NCBI GenBank assembly: GCA_029260075.1
Contig: JAJDDY010000027.1
Coordinates: 126,086-190,085 of the forward strand
Source: Phycisphaerae bacterium
Lineage (GTDB): Bacteria > Planctomycetota > Phycisphaerae > UBA1845
DNA length: 64,000 bases
Direction: 5' to 3'
Positions 61,002 through 64,000 of the stretch are shown one piece after another (the first letter of the stretch is position 1; every line of letters begins with the position of its first letter). The notes under the pieces were generated by a model. That model worked only from the letters and a program-made list of their open reading frames with translations, had not been told where the DNA came from and made no database searches. Made by a program: the position numbers and the translations under genes.

Positions 61002-61025
61002 GGTGCGCGAATCCTTTCTCGCACC
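61002..61025. repeat. Family-C repeat (between family-B copy 8 and family-A copy 13)
   Basis: GGTGCGCGAATCCTTTCTCGCACC. Confidence 0.8.
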
Positions 61026-61045
61026 TCCCAGAGGGCCGTTACGAA

Positions 61046-61105
61046 CCGAGCCGCGACCGTAAGGGAGCGGTCGTTCGCCTCGCACATGAACCGCTTCCTA
61101 ACGGA
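61046..61105. repeat. Family-A repeat, copy 13 (short spacer)
   Basis: CCGAGCCGCGACCGTAAGGGAGCGGTCGTTCGCC...CCGCTTCCTAACGGACGCGGCTCGG. Confidence 0.8.
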
Positions 61106-61138
61106 CGCGGCTCGGAAAGACCCATTCTGGACACGCTC

Positions 61139-61984
61139 TCAAATACCATCGCCGCCATGTAGACCGCATTCGGTCTTACCCGACTCGATCCACCGACCAT
61201 CGCGCGAGTAGTCGCCCGGCTTCGATCCCAGTACAGGCGCGGTGCAATGCGTGCAACCGACAGTGGGATAGCCCTGTTCGTGCAACTTGTTGTAGGGCAC
61301 GTCGTTCGCCTGGACGTAATCCCAAACATCGGTGCGTTCCCACTTGAACAGCGGGCTCACCTTGAGCACTTCGTACCGCCAATCCCATTCGACGAGGTTC
61401 AAACCAGCGCGACTGGGCGACTGACTCCGGCGAAGACCCGTGACCCACACGTCGACATCGCGCATGACCACCGCCATCGGATCGACCTTGCGCAGTTTAC
61501 AACACAAGTCCGGATTGGTCTTCCATAGTTCGCCGCCGTGAATTTCAGCCTGCTGTTCCGGCGTCATGGTCGTACCGCGATTGACGAAGTCGACGTGCGG
61601 ATAGCGCTCGACAAGACGATCTCGCAATTCGTGGGTTTCGGGGAAGAAGAACATGGTGTCGAGGTAAACCACGGTGACGGGCACGTCAAGCCGGGCGTAC
61701 ATGTCGATGAGCGCACACCCTTCCATGCCGAACGACGTCGTCATCATCCAGCGCTGTCTGGCGAAGCGTTCCAGCGTCCAGGCAATAACCCGGTCGGTTG
61801 GTGTGTGTTCCGTGATCGGTTCGCCAGAACCGGACGGATTCATATACGTTTCCACGGCACAATTCTCCGCTAGTGCATCACCAACCCAAAGCTCGCGGGT
61901 CTCGTTCGTTCTTTCAGAGCCGCCACCGCAAGGAAGCGAATCACACGGACCCGCACGTTCAAGAGTGGCCATGCACCAGTCCAT
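61139..61984 (-). CDS. cysH: Adenylylsulfate/phosphoadenylylsulfate reductase (thioredoxin-dependent, with C-terminal CC...CxxC Fe-S motif)
   Basis: PAPS-reductase fold motifs (MTTSFGMEG, CC...KTECGLH). Start uncertain (ATG at 61984, 61972 or 61843). Track M1 is a TTG inside a terminator T-tract. Confidence 0.75.
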   Translation of the reverse strand: MDWCMATLERAGPCDSLPCGGGSERTNETRELWVGDALAENCAVETYMNPSGSGEPITEHTPTDRVIAWTLERFARQRWMMTTSFGMEGCALIDMYARLDVPVTVVYLDTMFFFPETHELRDRLVERYPHVDFVNRGTTMTPEQQAEIHGGELWKTNPDLCCKLRKVDPMAVVMRDVDVWVTGLRRSQSPSRAGLNLVEWDWRYEVLKVSPLFKWERTDVWDYVQANDVPYNKLHEQGYPTVGCTHCTAPVLGSKPGDYSRDGRWIESGKTECGLHGGDGI

Positions 61985-62024
61985 CGACCCGCCTGCGACC
62001 CGCCGCGTAACGTCCAACAAAAAG

Positions 62025-62070
62025 GCCCGCGGGTTTCGTTCCCGCGGGCCTTTGTGTTGTCATTCAGAAG
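62025..62070. terminator. Bidirectional intrinsic-terminator-like hairpin (A-tract, GGCCCGCGGG-loop-CCCGCGGGCC, T-tract)
   Basis: 10-bp GC stem flanked by AAAAA and TTTGTGTTG. Located in the cysH 5' region, between divergent genes. Confidence 0.5.
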
Positions 62071-62405
62071 TTCTGAACTACGTCACGTTCCCGTCAGGAC
62101 GCTCCTCCCGCAAGAGGCCTTACAACAGCAACAACAACACGCGCACGAGCACACCGCCAGAGGCCAAGCGGCTCTGGGGCTGCAAGGAAACCCTCGCAGT
62201 GAATCAACCAAGTGATCGTCGCGGTTCTCTACCATAGTTGGCTAATGATACGACTTTCGTGCATCCAAGTCAATGTCTCGGCGCGCCGCAGAGACACTCC
62301 ATCGCACGTTGGCAACACAAGTGACGCTCCACTTAGGCCGATAAACCGCCACCGGACCGCGTTCGGTTTCGGTCTTCGGGCGTGTTTGGGAAGGGTTGGC
62401 TCAAA

Positions 62406-62462
62406 CCGAGCCGCGACGGTTTTCGCACGCGAAAGCGGACCGCTTCCTTTCAGGCGCGGCTC
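62406..62462. repeat. Family-A repeat, copy 14 (degenerate)
   Basis: CCGAGCCGCGACGGTTTTCGCACGCGAAAGCGGACCGCTTCCTTTCAGGCGCGGCTC. Confidence 0.65.
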
Positions 62463-62611
62463 TGAAAGAGACGTCTGAAACACGTTCCTAGAACTGGGTT
62501 CGGGGGCGCTCGGGAGAACGTCTCCGGGATTGCCAACGACCGGGGCGTACGTCGATCCGACAACCAATCCCGTTTCTCGAACACGATAAGAGCGCGACCA
62601 GGGCTTACGGT

Positions 62612-64000
62612 ATGACGACACTGACGCACAGAAGCAACCCCACCCATACGGCCGTCTACGGAACGATCCGGACGACGGACGTGCCCGTTGGCGTTGCTGC
62701 TACTGAGCCGAATGACGGCGTTCGGTGGCGACGACGTGTGTCTAACGCGTACGAAAGTTTGCTCGCATGGCGTGATCTTCCGAAACGCGACTTGACCAAC
62801 GACCGCGTCGTGCAGAGATTGCAACACATTGTCGAACCCGGAGCTCGTGTACTCGACATCGGCTGCGGATCGGGTGACCTGCTTGCAGCTTTGAAACCGT
62901 CGGTCGGCGTCGGCGTGGACATCTGCGAACGTGCGGTGGAGACGGCGCGCAGGCGGCACCCTGCCTTGCGATTCATCCCCCTCGCCGGCGAAGACGTGCA
63001 AGCCCTTGGTGACACGTTCGACTATGTCGTGATCGCAGACGTTGCCGTAGAGACATACGACCTGCACGAACTCTTTCAATCCGTCGCGCGGGTCTGTCAC
63101 GACCGCACGCGATTGGTGATCGTTCACGACCGGCCGCTGTGGTCAATTATCCGCCGGGCGTTTCGCTGGCTGCGTGCTCCGACGACAACCCCGCCGCGTC
63201 ACGGCGTGGATATCGATCACCTCTCGCAACTGCTTCGACTGTCGGGGTTCGACGTGATTCGAACCACCGGCGTGTGTGCGACGCCATTTCGAATCCCGCT
63301 GCTTTGCGGCGCGCTCGATCGCGTAGTCACGCAGCTCCCGCTCCTTCGCCATGCGTCATTAAAGCATGTGCAGGTCGCGAGGTGCGTGAATCCGGAACGG
63401 CGTGCGGAGCAGACGATCCGAAGCGTTTCGATCATCGTCCCCGCGCGAAATGAAGCCGGGCACATTCGGCTCATTCTTGATCGCATGCCCCGCGTCGCTG
63501 AACGACAGGAAGTGATCTTCGTCGAGGGCGGCAGCAGTGACGACACGTGGGCTGTGATTGAAGACGCGCTTCGAACGTACGACGGGCCGTTCGTCCTACG
63601 TTGCCTTCAGCAAACCGGCAAGGGCAAAGGAGACGCGGTCCGCGCAGGATTTGAGTCCGCGACCGGCGATGTGCTCATCATCCTTGACGCCGACCTCGGT
63701 GTTCCACCGGAAGAGTTGCCGCGTGTGTTCGAGACCTTGCGTAACGGTCAGGCGGAGTTCGTCAACGGTACGCGAACGAGCTATCCGATGCAACATGGCG
63801 CCATGCGTCCGCTGAACCGGATCGCGAACGGCATCTTCGCCATGGCGTTCACCTATCTGTTGTCGCAGCGATTTCGCGACACGCTGTGCGGAACAAAAGC
63901 CCTGACCAGCAAAGCCTACGACCGAATCGCGAGGAACAGATCGTATTTCGGCGAGTTCGATCCCTTCGGAGATTTCGACCTCCTCTTCGGCGCCGCCCGA
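62612..64000 (+). CDS. Fusion of class I SAM-dependent methyltransferase (N-term) and family 2 glycosyltransferase (C-term), 3'-partial (runs off window)
   Basis: Hand translation from ATG 62612 is open to the window end. LDIGCGSGD MTase motif I. GT2 motifs IVPARNE and ILDAD (DXD). Absent from the ORF track because it has no in-window stop. Confidence 0.78.
   Translation, partial: MTTLTHRSNPTHTAVYGTIRTTDVPVGVAATEPNDGVRWRRRVSNAYESLLAWRDLPKRDLTNDRVVQRLQHIVEPGARVLDIGCGSGDLLAALKPSVGVGVDICERAVETARRRHPALRFIPLAGEDVQALGDTFDYVVIADVAVETYDLHELFQSVARVCHDRTRLVIVHDRPLWSIIRRAFRWLRAPTTTPPRHGVDIDHLSQLLRLSGFDVIRTTGVCATPFRIPLLCGALDRVVTQLPLLRHASLKHVQVARCVNPERRAEQTIRSVSIIVPARNEAGHIRLILDRMPRVAERQEVIFVEGGSSDDTWAVIEDALRTYDGPFVLRCLQQTGKGKGDAVRAGFESATGDVLIILDADLGVPPEELPRVFETLRNGQAEFVNGTRTSYPMQHGAMRPLNRIANGIFAMAFTYLLSQRFRDTLCGTKALTSKAYDRIARNRSYFGEFDPFGDFDLLFGAAR

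Noticed and set aside
18689-62462. Possible CRISPR array suggested by the many recurring ~24-35-bp sequences
   Set aside because: Copies are dispersed over 45 kb rather than tandem. Each unit is itself an inverted repeat with a variable internal spacer, and units occur in both orientations. This is a REP/MITE-like pattern, not repeat-spacer architecture. No cas genes.
62450-63127. 225-aa minus-strand ORF
   Set aside because: Antisense to the hand-translated MTase-GT2 gene, which carries clear LDIGCGSGD and DXD motifs.

Overview
High-GC bacterial chromosomal window. Gene content and order (Ser/Thr kinase, GGDEF, PEP-CTERM-like tail, SpoVG-Zn-ribbon fusion) fit a Planctomycetota-type genome, but that assignment is an inference. 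The first ~9.7 kb is the conserved tRNA-Thr / tuf / rpmG / tRNA-Trp / secE / nusG / rplKAJL / rpoB block, all on the minus strand. The rest carries housekeeping genes interleaved with accessory regions: glyQS, spoVG-like, ispE, mreBC, rpmI-rplT, arcA, a FecCD-type ABC importer, ilvE, lolDE, lysS, lysC, a cobA-cbiX-cysH sulfate/siroheme set and several glycosyltransferases. The most notable feature is a minus-strand cluster at 33.1-37.7 kb. It encodes a Vps4-like MIT-domain AAA+ ATPase, three Snf7/ESCRT-III-like proteins (one fused to an unknown N-terminal domain) and a PspC-domain membrane protein. A Ser/Thr kinase and a small TM/zinc-ribbon protein lie immediately upstream. This is a candidate bacterial ESCRT-III/Vps4-type membrane-remodelling module. 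The intergenic space holds at least three families of dispersed palindromic repeats (a ~70-110 bp nested inverted repeat in 14 copies, a ~30-45 bp hairpin repeat in 8 copies, and a ~24 bp palindrome often paired with them). These repeats inflate many six-frame ORF N-termini, which I trimmed. No CRISPR array, rRNA or recognisable transposase was seen. The six-frame track includes stop codons in its coordinates and uses GTG/TTG as M. Several large track ORFs (e.g. 82-1287+, 2098-3390+, 15163-15978+, 26021-27160+, 33236-34192+, 57713-58615-, 62450-63127-) are antisense shadows of real genes.
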